Shown here piece after piece: positions 39,150 to 48,234 of a stretch of DNA of 64,000 nucleotides. Below the pieces are notes generated by a model. The model made no database searches. It was given only the letters and a program-made list of their open reading frames with translations, and was not told the origin of the DNA. The stretch is from an uncultured Desulfatitalea sp. Its GTDB lineage: Bacteria > Desulfobacterota > Desulfobacteria > Desulfobacterales > Desulfosarcinaceae. Numbering within the stretch: the first letter of the stretch is position 1; each line of letters opens with the position of its first letter. Position numbers and translations under genes: made by a program. The stretch lies in assembly GCA_963668675.2 (NCBI GenBank), contig CAXXMB010000002.1, positions 960,001 to 1,024,000 on the forward strand, read 5' to 3'.

Positions 39150-40000
39150 GGCCTGGCCTCCCGCCGACCGGCAAAGTATCGCATAACGATGACGGCCACC
39201 GTGGTCATGCCATACAGGGTGAGGCCGCAGACAAACAGGGAGCGAAACTCCAGACTGTCGAAATCCGCTGCAATGATCAGGGCGATGTGGGCGGTAAGGG
39301 TCCGCACCGGGTCCAGAACGGAGTGGGGCGTCGCCACCGCGTTGCCGGCCAGCATGAGGGCGATCATGGTATCACCCACGGCACGGCCGAATCCGAGCAC
39401 GATACCGGCCAGCATGGTGGGCCAGGCATGGGGTATCATGACATAAAGCAAGCGCTGGATGGGGGTGCCGCCCAGGGCGCTGACCGCCCGGCAATAGGCA
39501 ACCGGTACGGCGCCCAATCCATCCACGAAGAAGAGAATCATGGTCGGTGCCACCAGAATGGAGAGCATCACCCCGGCCGAAAGGATGCAGAGTCCGGAAC
39601 CATGCCCGAAGGTCTCCCGCACCAGGGGCACCAGCAAAAATATGCCCACAAAACCGTATATCACCGTCGGAATGCCGGTCATCAACTGCACCAGTTTGTG
39701 AACAACGCGCCTTGCACCTTCAGGTGCGGTAATCCGGATGAAAACGGCACATCCCAGGCTTAGCGGAACAGCAATGAGCAAAGCCAGGGTGCTGATGCAC
39801 AGTGTGCCCACCAGCATGGGTTTGATGCCGTAATGGTGATGCACGGGGGACCATGGGCCGGTAAGGACCTGCCAGAAACGGCCCTGGGCGAAGATAGGGT
39901 ACCCCAGCGCCGCCATGAAGATAAAAATGATGACTGCAGTGGCGGCGCTGAGCACTGCTGCGGCTCCAAAGAGCCTATGCGCGAGTGCATCCCGGTCCAT
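39146..40000 (-). CDS. pstC: Phosphate-type ABC permease (PstC-like)
   Basis: YGIKPMLVGT, GIPTVIYGF, GRAVGDTMIALMLAGN, RTLTAHIA. Confidence 0.82.
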   Translation of the reverse strand: MDRDALAHRLFGAAAVLSAATAVIIFIFMAALGYPIFAQGRFWQVLTGPWSPVHHHYGIKPMLVGTLCISTLALLIAVPLSLGCAVFIRITAPEGARRVVHKLVQLMTGIPTVIYGFVGIFLLVPLVRETFGHGSGLCILSAGVMLSILVAPTMILFFVDGLGAVPVAYCRAVSALGGTPIQRLLYVMIPHAWPTMLAGIVLGFGRAVGDTMIALMLAGNAVATPHSVLDPVRTLTAHIALIIAADFDSLEFRSLFVCGLTLYGMTTVAVIVMRYFAGRREARP

Positions 40001-40837
40001 TTAATTGACCGGGATAAACCCTTTTTGGGCAACCAGTTGCTGTCCCTGGTCGCTGAACAGATAATCGATAAACTTTTTGGTCAGGCCGGTGGGCTCACCT
40101 TTGGTATTGCTGTACAGGCCGCGGGCCACAGGATATTTGCCGGATTTGACGGTCTCCAGGTTAGGCACAACGCCGTCCAGGGCCACGGGGGCCACGCTTT
40201 TATCAATGTGCCCCACGGACACATAACCGATGCCGTAGGGGTCCTGGGCAATTGCGGTTTTCATGGCGCCGTTGGAAGCCACAAACAGGGCCTTGTCACT
40301 AATGTCGCCTTTGGCCAGCGCCTTTTTCCAGAATACTTCGCGGGTTCCGCTGGCGGCATCCCGGGTGTATAAATCGATGGATTTGTCGGGCCCGCCGAGG
40401 GCTTTCCAGCTGGTCACCTTGCCGGCATATATCTCCTTGAGCTGGGCAGTGGTCAGGCTTTTCACAGGGTTGTCAGGATGAACCACCACGCCGACGCCGT
40501 CAATCGCCCATTTGAACATTTTCAGTGGATACTTTTGCAGCTCTGCATCTTTGGGTTTGCGGCCGGAGTTGCCGATATCCACCAGGCCTTCCCCTACCTG
40601 CTTGATGCCCACACCGCTGCCGCCGCCGGCAATACTGATCCGGATATCGCCGTTGGCCTGCATAATGGCTTTGGCGGCCGCCTGCATGACGGGTATGTGG
40701 GCGGTGCCGCCCGATATTTTGATGCTGCCGCTTTCACCTTTGAAGGCATCCAGGCTGCCGGCGGATGCCGTCACCGCCAGTCCGCTGACAAGCAGCAACG
40801 CGACGCACCAAACCAAAATCACCTGCTTTTTCATCAT
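40001..40837 (-). CDS. pstS: PstS-family oxyanion-binding protein
   Basis: Signal peptide; GGGSGVG, DIGNSGR, RDAASGTRE, IGYVS, YPVARGLY; first motif is atypical (SGGTAH). Confidence 0.78.
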   Translation of the reverse strand: MMKKQVILVWCVALLLVSGLAVTASAGSLDAFKGESGSIKISGGTAHIPVMQAAAKAIMQANGDIRISIAGGGSGVGIKQVGEGLVDIGNSGRKPKDAELQKYPLKMFKWAIDGVGVVVHPDNPVKSLTTAQLKEIYAGKVTSWKALGGPDKSIDLYTRDAASGTREVFWKKALAKGDISDKALFVASNGAMKTAIAQDPYGIGYVSVGHIDKSVAPVALDGVVPNLETVKSGKYPVARGLYSNTKGEPTGLTKKFIDYLFSDQGQQLVAQKGFIPVN

Positions 40838-40899
40838 GATCTCCTTTCATGACCCGGTATGAATAAAATTCTTCCAAACTTTCGCGCCTACCACACTAT

Positions 40900-40933
40900 G
40901 CGGATCGATTACCAATTCAAATAATCGATCCGC
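40900..40933. promoter_or_regulatory. Perfect 12-bp inverted repeat upstream of the Pst-like operon
   Basis: GCGGATCGATTA-N10-TAATCGATCCGC, 62 nt upstream of the SBP start. Confidence 0.55.
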
Positions 40934-41222
40934 TTTGGCCGGGACCATTGAAATATTTTATCCTTCGTGCATACCCGGTCAACGTCGTCGCCAAACTGTT
41001 CTTCCGCGAAATCAGAAACATCGGAGATGTGTCCGATCGCCGAGACGTCCAGCGTCAATGTAGATCATGTCGCCGCGGTACAGGCCTATGTTTCAATCCG
41101 GAAAGTGCTCTATTTTGTTCAGGGAAAAATGGGGATAGGGGAAAATGGGAACACCCGCAATTCAAGCCTACCCTCTAATGCCATACGAACTCTCTTATAT
41201 TCTGTTCCGCCACAGCTACCGG

Positions 41223-41317
41223 CTCCCCCCTTTTTCAAAGGGGGGTTGGGGGGGGATTTGATTGACCCTCAACATACTGAAATCCCCCTGAATCCCCCTT
41301 TGAAAAAGGGGGACTTT
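41223..41317. repeat. Paired inverted CCCCCTTT..AAAGGGGG repeat units
   Basis: CTCCCCCCTTTTTCAAAGGGGGGTTGGGGGGGGATTT ... AAATCCCCCTGAATCCCCCTTTGAAAAAGGGGGACTTT. Confidence 0.7.
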
Positions 41318-41425
41318 ACCATTGCACCGCAGTGATTTCATTAAGGAATCAAATGCTTTGCATTGGCCAATTGCAACTACATTCCGGGCACTTAAGCTTT
41401 GTAGGAACCGGATTATTTAAAACTA

Positions 41426-42370
41426 TTACTTTAATAGTGTGGTTTCTGAGCCGCAGCATTTTTTGCCATCGAAAAATTCACAAACCAAACATGCCAGGGG
41501 GACAGGCTTGGGCATCGCACCCGGTTTAACCGACAAATACGGGTCCAGAATTCCCCGGGCCCGGACCAGCCGTTCTCTATCAACCGCCACTGTTTTCCCG
41601 GCCTTGATCAGTGCTGCGACAACCGCCTCAGTGGCGACATTCCCCGTGGCACCTGGTGCAAAGGGGCACCCGCCCAGTCCGCCCACACTGGCATCGACCC
41701 GCTGTATACCGTAAGAGACCGCTCGAAGGACATTGGCGACGCCTCTGCCGTAGGTATCGTGAAAATGGACCGCGATATGCTCTGGCGGGACCTTTGGCAA
41801 CAGCACATCCATCAGAGTTGACACTTCATCCGGTGTCGCTTTTCCGATGGTATCTGAAATAGACACCTCATCAATCCCCATATCGATCAAACGCTGTGCC
41901 AGTTTCACAACAGCGCCGGGAGCCATTTTACCCTCAAACGCGCACCAGAAGGCTGTGGAGAGATATCCCCGGACGGGCAGGCCCAGTTCCCTGGCCCGGC
42001 GAACCACCGGTCGGAAGCGCCCCAGGGAACCGTCGACGGTGGTATTGATGTTTTTTTGGTTGAAGGTTTCACTGACTGCCGTGAATACAGAGATTTTATC
42101 TGCACCAGCATCCACCGCCCGGTCAAGCCCTTTTGAATTGGGTACAAGTGCCGAGTAGATCACACCTTTTTTTCGTTGGATATTCTCAAAAACAGTCGCG
42201 GCATCCTTGAGCTGGGGAATCATCTTTGAAGAGACAAAAGCGCTGACTTCAATTTCGCTTACACCTGATTCAGACAATGCATCCACAAAGGCGACCTTGG
42301 CATCTGACGGTACTATTTCAGTTTCGTTTTGCAGCCCGTCCCTGGGGCCGACTTCGACAATTTTTATCAT
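41426..42370 (-). CDS. Hydroxymethylglutaryl-CoA lyase with Cys-rich C-terminal tail
   Basis: EVGPRDGLQNE, SDTIG, HFHDTYG, GLGGCPFAPGATGNVATE. Confidence 0.92.
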   Translation of the reverse strand: MIKIVEVGPRDGLQNETEIVPSDAKVAFVDALSESGVSEIEVSAFVSSKMIPQLKDAATVFENIQRKKGVIYSALVPNSKGLDRAVDAGADKISVFTAVSETFNQKNINTTVDGSLGRFRPVVRRARELGLPVRGYLSTAFWCAFEGKMAPGAVVKLAQRLIDMGIDEVSISDTIGKATPDEVSTLMDVLLPKVPPEHIAVHFHDTYGRGVANVLRAVSYGIQRVDASVGGLGGCPFAPGATGNVATEAVVAALIKAGKTVAVDRERLVRARGILDPYLSVKPGAMPKPVPLACLVCEFFDGKKCCGSETTLLK

Positions 42371-42634
42371 TGGCAGTCACCAGAGCATTTTAGCATTCCA
42401 AATTCTTATATTAGATGTAACCCTGTGTTGAAAACAAAACCAGAAAGAAATCCGAATAATAGAACTGTGTTATTATTTAACGCGTCATAGCAGATCATTA
42501 TGTCATTGTTTTTATGTGAATTGGCAGCTTGATTATGGTCTATCTCCCATGATAGTGCGTTTCCAAAACAATTATCCAATGCGGTCTGCGAAGGGAATGG
42601 GAAAGTCGCAAGGATTTTCCGGTGATGATCAATT

Positions 42635-43384
42635 CTAACGTTTGTTTACCCCTTCAGCATAACGACAGTTAGGGAAATTCGAACACCCCAAGTATTTTCG
42701 GCCTGCGTATCTGCCTTTCGTAGCAACCTTCTCTACCAGTCCTGCGCCGCATCGGGGGCATGCGACTTCTATTTCAAGTTCAATGGTTGGGGTGTTTTCA
42801 CTGGACTCGATCCTTGTGTTTACGATTTTTATTCCATTTTCAACCCCATTATTATCTTTGATGTGCTGGCCCTGAATGCTTTCTTTCTCGATAATCCCGC
42901 AGTGCTCCAAGAGGCGTGTGATTTCGGAGATGGAATAGTTCGCCCTGGGCTTCACTCTGAGCAGAGGTATCCTTGAGACTTTGAGAACCTTATCAACAAA
43001 GTGATCTCTCCGGACGCCTTGGGGGGTGTTATGGGTTCGGTCATCCAGCTCGACGGCCCCCCTTATGGACATATCATTTGCACGGCAAATTAAAAACTCT
43101 ACATAATTGGTGGAGGCGAAGTTAAGTGCCCGGCGCTCGGCGTATCGTGACAACCCTTTTTTTACTTCAACGACATCACACAGTCTGATTTTGCTGAAAA
43201 CACGATAGTCACTGCCCAGGCTCTTTTCAATAACGCCCAACAAAGATCTTTCGGATGGTGAAAGTAATGTGTGGATCTTCTGATAGGAGAACTCATCATC
43301 TGCTTGAAGTGATGATTTTTTAATCAAATAAAAAGCAACCCCCAGAACTAAAAAAATGATCAAGGCAGTAATCAGATACAACAT
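42635..43384 (-). CDS. DUF2726 domain protein with C-terminal topoisomerase-type C4 zinc finger
   Basis: N-terminal TM, LLSPSER, VFSKIRL.D, AVELDD..H..RD, IPLLR; CPRCG...GCSNFPNCRY. Confidence 0.85.
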   Translation of the reverse strand: MLYLITALIIFLVLGVAFYLIKKSSLQADDEFSYQKIHTLLSPSERSLLGVIEKSLGSDYRVFSKIRLCDVVEVKKGLSRYAERRALNFASTNYVEFLICRANDMSIRGAVELDDRTHNTPQGVRRDHFVDKVLKVSRIPLLRVKPRANYSISEITRLLEHCGIIEKESIQGQHIKDNNGVENGIKIVNTRIESSENTPTIELEIEVACPRCGAGLVEKVATKGRYAGRKYLGCSNFPNCRYAEGVNKR

Positions 43385-43413
43385 TCAACGAACCTCCAAA
43401 TTTATGATCCACA

Positions 43414-43675
43414 ATCGGGATAGGAAGAGACCTCACGGTCCCTCTCACCCACACCACCGGGCATACGGATCGCGTACCACGGCGGTTCGGTTGATTAAGT
43501 CGGTTTTGATAACGAGCTGGGAACCCTAAATTTGCCAAATAGCGTGCAGTCAATTCAAAGGCCAAAGCCGGACTGCGGCTGAGCCTCCAGAGACCACGGG
43601 CTGATTTGCAGGTGTTCCAGGCAAGGTCTCGACTTACGCCGAGGCTCCGAAGTTGCCTGTATCCCGATCGAAGAA
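43414..43675 (-). mobile_element. 3' remnant of a group II intron (class IIC): maturase C-terminus + domains V-VI
   Basis: DV GAACCGCCGTGGTACGCGATCCGTATGCCCGGTGGTGTG (CGC triad); DVI ...GGGACCGTGAGGTCTCTTCCTATCCCGAT; peptide GYRQLRSLGVSRDLAWNTCKSARGLWRLSRSPALA. Confidence 0.88.
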
Positions 43676-43690
43676 GGGTCAATCGAAAAA

Positions 43691-43822
43691 GGGATCAAGT
43701 CTGCTCCTGACTCATTTCGAGGTCCACAAAATTTACCTTGATTAGTCACGCAAACAAAATACCTCTGAAAGCAGCTAATCATCAGCTTTTTTGCTTAATG
43801 CGTCAAGGGTAGACTTGACCCC
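43691..43822. repeat. Inverted pair of GGGGTCAAGTCT-type REP-like motifs
   Basis: GGGATCAAGTCTGCTCCTGAC (43691-43711) vs the reverse complement of 43802-43822, GGGGTCAAGTCTACCCTTGAC (17/21 identical). Confidence 0.5.
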
Positions 43823-44355
43823 ATTAGACTGCTGGGGAGCAACCTGCCGAGGGATAGCCGGATGCAGGTGGCATTGAATAATGCCCCGGGAGGAAACGGC
43901 TTGAATAAATCGGCTGTTTCCTCCATCCCAAACATCATTCAAGCCTTCCTGCCCAAGCCTTAAAAAAACCCAATACAATAGACGCGCGTAGCGCATCCAA
44001 CAAAATTCAACTGCCTGGGATCAGCAAGGAAAAAGATCCGCCAGACAAGCAAAAATGTTCTCCAGTATAGATATGGGATGATTGGTCTGCGAATGACCCC
44101 ATGGTCGGGAAAGTGCTACCCTATTTTTCTTTAAAACTGGGCCATATTTAATGATGTGCACACCCATAATCGAAAGCTTAACTGCACCCGACTTTTTACG
44201 AGGCCATCATATATGGGGTGCCTAAAATTTTCTGGACTGAGGGCGAATGCAATTAAACACATCTGAAAGGATTGAATGTACCCAAAGATGGGGTCGTTCT
44301 CGGTGCTGGAATATTTGAATAAAATGAGTCCAGGAGACCTGGGTTGATTCCTGCA

Positions 44356-45860
44356 CTAGTCCCTATAGGACGGTGGCGCCACGAACCCGCCGACAAGCCT
44401 GGACATACTCTTTGCAAAAGCGATGGTTTTTCGATCCGCTAATTTTGGGCCGATGATCTGAATACCCACCGGCAGGCCTGAATCGCTCAATCCAACCGGA
44501 GCTACAGTAGCTGGCAAGCCTGACACCACTGCCATCATTGCCCAGGTAAGATGTTCCATGTATCGATGATCTTTTCCGTTTACAACCAATGTGCGCTCGA
44601 ACATCGGCTGTGTCTGGATATGCGAAAAAGCCACGGTTGGTGTTACCGGAGCCAGCAGTACATCATAGCTTTCAAAAAATGCCTCCCACCTGGCCTGCAT
44701 TTTTTTCTGTCTGGTGACGAGCGCCTCAGGCAGAGGCAGGTTATTCCTTTTAACAAAGATACTCAGCCATAATTGACGGCTTTCCTCCAGACTTATGTTA
44801 GGAGGCGCTGTTTCATCTACCTGGACACCTGCTTTGCGCAGCTTATTTACTGCCTTGAGAAGAACCGACATGACTTCTGCATCGATTTCAGCTCCGGAAT
44901 AGGGGTCGGTAAACCAAGCTGCGACGCGATAATCCTGCAACGGCTTTTTGGGCGGGGATAACAGTTCCGGGCGGCTGCCATCCTTATCTGACTTGCCCGG
45001 AGTCGTTAATATTTCCATGGCCAGTTCCAAATCTTCGGCACTCCGGGCCATGGGCCCGGTAACAGAAAGCGGCATCTCCGACATTTTGTAGGGAGCAACC
45101 TTTCCGGGGAGAGCAAGGATATCTTCATATTTCGGTACGATCCCAATAAGTCCGGATCTCGGTACGATTCCAAAAGTTGGTTTGTGCCCGTAAACCCCTG
45201 TGTAATGAGCCGGATTCCGGAGTGAGCCTCCTATATCGCTGCCCAGCTCAAGGGGAGTGAAACCCATGGCCAGCGCCGCTGCCGAACCGCCTGATGAACC
45301 GCCAGGCGTTCTGGTTACATCCCATGGATTATTGGTGGTGCCATAGACGTTATTGAAGGTTTGAAAATCCACTGCATGAAATGGCACATTCGTTTTGCCG
45401 AACACGATTGCGCCCGCATCTATGAGGCGTTGAACAGCCGTCGCATTACGCTTAGGCATGTAGTTTTTAAATTTGGGGTCTCCTGCGGTTGCGGGCATGC
45501 CGACCACTTCGAACATTTCTTTTACCGTGATGGGCAGGCCATGAAGAGGTCCCCATATCTGACCCCGTGCGATCGCTTTGTCAGCCTGGGCCGCCTTTGC
45601 CCTGGCTGCGTCCACATCCATGGCCACCACTGCATTGACGGCACCGTTATAGAGCTCTATGCGCCTAAGGTATAGGTTTAGCAGTTCACTGGAGGTTATC
45701 TCGCCTTGCTGAAGGGCAATTGTCAATTCGCAGGCAGTTTTGTAGTAAGCAGGATGGACGTTACGGGGGGGGGGCTGGTCATGAAATTCCCGCAGCTGAG
45801 GAGAGCGCTAATGAGAATGATGGTTGAACAGAGTTGGAGAATTTGCTTGAAAGGTCTCAT
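44356..45860 (-). pseudogene. Amidase-signature lipoprotein frameshifted at a G10/C10 tract (pseudogene, phase-variable gene or sequencing slip)
   Basis: GPLHGLPITVKE, GKTN, TPGGSSGGS, GSDIGGSLRNPA; RBS AAAGGAG + ATG 45860 and lipobox LLSC are out of frame with the rest across G10 at 45765-45774. Confidence 0.8.
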
Positions 45861-45994
45861 GAACTGCCCTCCTTTTTCAATAGTTCAAATTCTGCAGACT
45901 TTCTTAATTGTTACCCCATAGCTTCATCCATTCATCACTTTTAGCCGCACCTAACAGTAAAAGATTTTTGCGTTAACCATAATTTATAACAAAC

Positions 45995-46201
45995 TCAACT
46001 ATGCAACCGGGGAAGCAGGGGACGGGGGACTTTGGGGTATTTCTCGTTGGCCTTTTTCATAGCCTTTCTTATATCTTTTCCCTTTCGAAGCCATCGTAAG
46101 ATTTTATTATCATATCGGATTTCATCTTTGGTATGATCACCGAATATTTCATCAGCTCTGTTCAGATATTGTTCAAAAAAGACCATCAGATCTTCTTTCA
46201 T
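45995..46201 (-). CDS. Small hypothetical cassette-like ORF (probably truncated)
   Basis: ATG lies 10 nt after the GTTCGCA box of the attC-like site; AT-rich codon usage. Confidence 0.5.
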   Translation of the reverse strand: MKEDLMVFFEQYLNRADEIFGDHTKDEIRYDNKILRWLRKGKDIRKAMKKANEKYPKVPRPLLPRLHS

Positions 46202-46211
46202 CGATTAATGC

Positions 46212-46275
46212 TGCGAACGATTGTTTCACCAGGCGCAACGATCTATCAGCGATCCGGTGCAAACAGAGGTTGGCC
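46212..46275 (-). mobile_element. attC-like integron cassette recombination site (64 bp)
   Basis: Minus strand GGCCAAC-CTCTG-TTTGCACCGGATCGC...GCGCCTGGTGAAA-CAATC-GTTCGCA; paired L boxes with an extra base; starts 8 nt after the toxin stop. Confidence 0.75.
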
Positions 46276-46283
46276 GAGCTGCT

Positions 46284-46595
46284 TTATATATCGAGCGCAA
46301 AACGGATGGCCCGTCCAACATCAATCATTTTAGCTGGCGGTAAGGATGTAATCAGAGCCCCAATTTTTCCTCTTGAAACAGTTTGCAAATGGTCACAATT
46401 AATGGCGCAATCCCGTGGCATGCCATCGGGTTTGGAAAGAAACACCTCGGATGGTATTTCACGGACTGTGCTTGTAATTGGGGCAACCGTTACTTGACCA
46501 AGATAATCTAAAATAGAGTCTCGGGTCAGGATGAGAACTGGTCTCTTTTTGTCTGGATGCGCAAATTTGAACCACCGTATTTCACCATGTTTCAT
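46284..46595 (-). CDS. mazF: PemK/MazF family endoribonuclease toxin
   Basis: GEIRW...DKKRPVLIL, VTVAPITS, AINCDHLQTV. Confidence 0.92.
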   Translation of the reverse strand: MKHGEIRWFKFAHPDKKRPVLILTRDSILDYLGQVTVAPITSTVREIPSEVFLSKPDGMPRDCAINCDHLQTVSRGKIGALITSLPPAKMIDVGRAIRFALDI

Positions 46596-46825
46596 TCATC
46601 ACCCCAATCCTGTTCTGCCTCCCAAACTGAAAACTCATCACCAAGAATTGGTTTTCGATCATAACCTTCTCTGTGCTTGCGTTCCAATTGCTCAAGATTG
46701 TAATTGGCCAATGCCTCTCGAAGGGCCTTTCTCGTGAAAGCTGAACGGCTTGTATTGAGCAGTTTTGAAACATGGTCGACGGATTTGACAAGATCGTCGT
46801 CAAGTGTCATTTGAATTGTTCGCAT
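46592..46825 (-). CDS. Ribbon-helix-helix (CopG-type) antitoxin
   Basis: MRTIQMTLDDDLVKSVD....SRSAFTRKALR; acidic tail; ATGA overlap with the toxin. Confidence 0.9.
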   Translation of the reverse strand: MRTIQMTLDDDLVKSVDHVSKLLNTSRSAFTRKALREALANYNLEQLERKHREGYDRKPILGDEFSVWEAEQDWGDE

Positions 46826-46834
46826 ATCACACCC

Positions 46835-46886
46835 CCATTATGTGGATTATAATAGCTATGCTAATCCACATAATGGTAAGTGTCAA
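46835..46886 (-). promoter_or_regulatory. TA promoter with overlapping 15-bp palindromic operator
   Basis: Minus-strand TTGACA-17 nt-TAGCAT; CCATTATGTGGATTA-N12-TAATCCACATAATGG (46835-46876). Confidence 0.8.
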
Positions 46887-46896
46887 GCTCGTTTTG

Positions 46897-46968
46897 GGCC
46901 AACGACCAAGCTCACCGGCGGCAATGGAGCGCAAAGGAATTGCCGTCCGGTGCATCGCCTTGTTCGCC
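46897..46968 (-). mobile_element. attC-like integron cassette recombination site (72 bp)
   Basis: Minus strand GGCGAAC-AAGGC-GATGCACCGGACGGCAAT...ATTGCCGCCGGTGAGC-TTGGTC-GTTGGCC; 18 nt after the serine-hydrolase stop. Confidence 0.85.
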
Positions 46969-46986
46969 AATGCTTATGTGTGCCCG

Positions 46987-47841
46987 TCACTTTTTCATCA
47001 AATACTTGGCCACAGCTTGATAGGCTGGCAACGAGGTTGGGTCAATCTGCGCGTTCTCAGACGTGGGAAAAGACGCGAACCGCACGATGACCATCTCGGC
47101 GGTCGGGTCTATATAGATGGTTTGCCCATGAACGCCACGTGCAGCAAAAGCGCCATGCTTATTATGGAAAGCCCACCACATACTACGGTAACTCCCGCCT
47201 TTAAGCGTTTTGTAACCAGCCTTAGCAAATGCTTTCTTATCGCCACCGGCCCGGATGTTCTCCATAACTTCATTCGGGAACAAGCGTTGCTCATTGATCT
47301 TGCCGCCGTTAAGCATTAAAAGCCCAATACGCCCCAAGTCTCGCAGACCGGCACTGAATCCGCCGCCTGCGAACGGGGTACCCTTGCTATCGACTGTCAT
47401 GTATGCATCCTGCTCCGCGCCCATCCTACTCCAGATACGCTCCGACAGAAGGTGCGCAAGATCCTTGCCTGTGACCCGCGATATAATCCAACCAAGTGCG
47501 TCCGTGTTGATTGTCCTGTAGCCGAAGGCCTCACCTGCTTGACGGTTTGTAGATACTCAAAATAGCCGTTTGGGCCTTCATAGCCCTTTGGTTTCGGTAA
47601 TCAGTTCCCGAATATGGCATACCGTCCATCGCAACTTTGGGAAGCTGAAGAAGTCGGATTCCGGCTGCATGATCAGCTTCTCGGCTGGTGGAGGGAACCC
47701 CGTCATCCAACCAAGTGCTGCGGGGTCAGACTCTTCTGCGCTTAGTGGGTTGCCGGTTTGCGCAGAGACACCGCCTGATATAGCCCATAGGGCAACCCCT
47801 CCAATGAGTCCCATCAAAGACTTCCGATTTATAAGTAACAT
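46987..47841 (-). pseudogene. Serine hydrolase (beta-lactamase-related, NylB-like) pseudogene with internal deletions
   Basis: Signal peptide + SDPAALGWMTGFPPP..FPKLRW; jumps frame to PKPKGYEGPNGYFEYLQTVK, then again to GEAFGYRTINTDALGW...ARGVHGQTIYIDP; the SXXK catalytic region is missing. Confidence 0.8.
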
Positions 47842-48234
47842 ACTCTTTCTATCTTGTTTTCCGTGGGTGAACAAACGTTTACCCGCCCTATTTGCACCAG
47901 TAGTATCTGTTCTGAAATTATCTGCAAACTATCGCCCATATCGTCTTATGTCAATGTAATAATTCAGTATTATTCACTATCGCATTAATTGGGAGATAAA
48001 TAAAAAGATCAGGTTGTGCCCATGAACCGACCATTATTGATCCGATGCCGCAACATAGTACTGACAATATCGGAAAACCGCGTCAACTCCACCATGTCCG
48101 CAATGTTAGTCGAAGAATTCAATAATTTCTGCAATTAGAAAGAATAGTAAATATTAATGCAGACAATTCCTTTATCTGATATAATTCGATGTAGTCGATT
48201 TATCGATTGGGCGAATCAGGGTTAAGGAGGTGCT

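Noticed and set aside
42632..42675. attC-like CCCTAAC...GTTAGAA at the end of the DUF2726 gene
   Set aside because: Too short, lies within coding sequence, and the L boxes do not pair convincingly
43775..43996. 73-aa ORF or transposase remnant
   Set aside because: No recognisable motif; it overlaps REP-like sequence in a decayed region
45949..45955. Perfect GTTAGGT core site upstream of the amidase (minus strand)
   Set aside because: No matching ACCTAAC/attC after the amidase stop; a 7-mer alone is not significant
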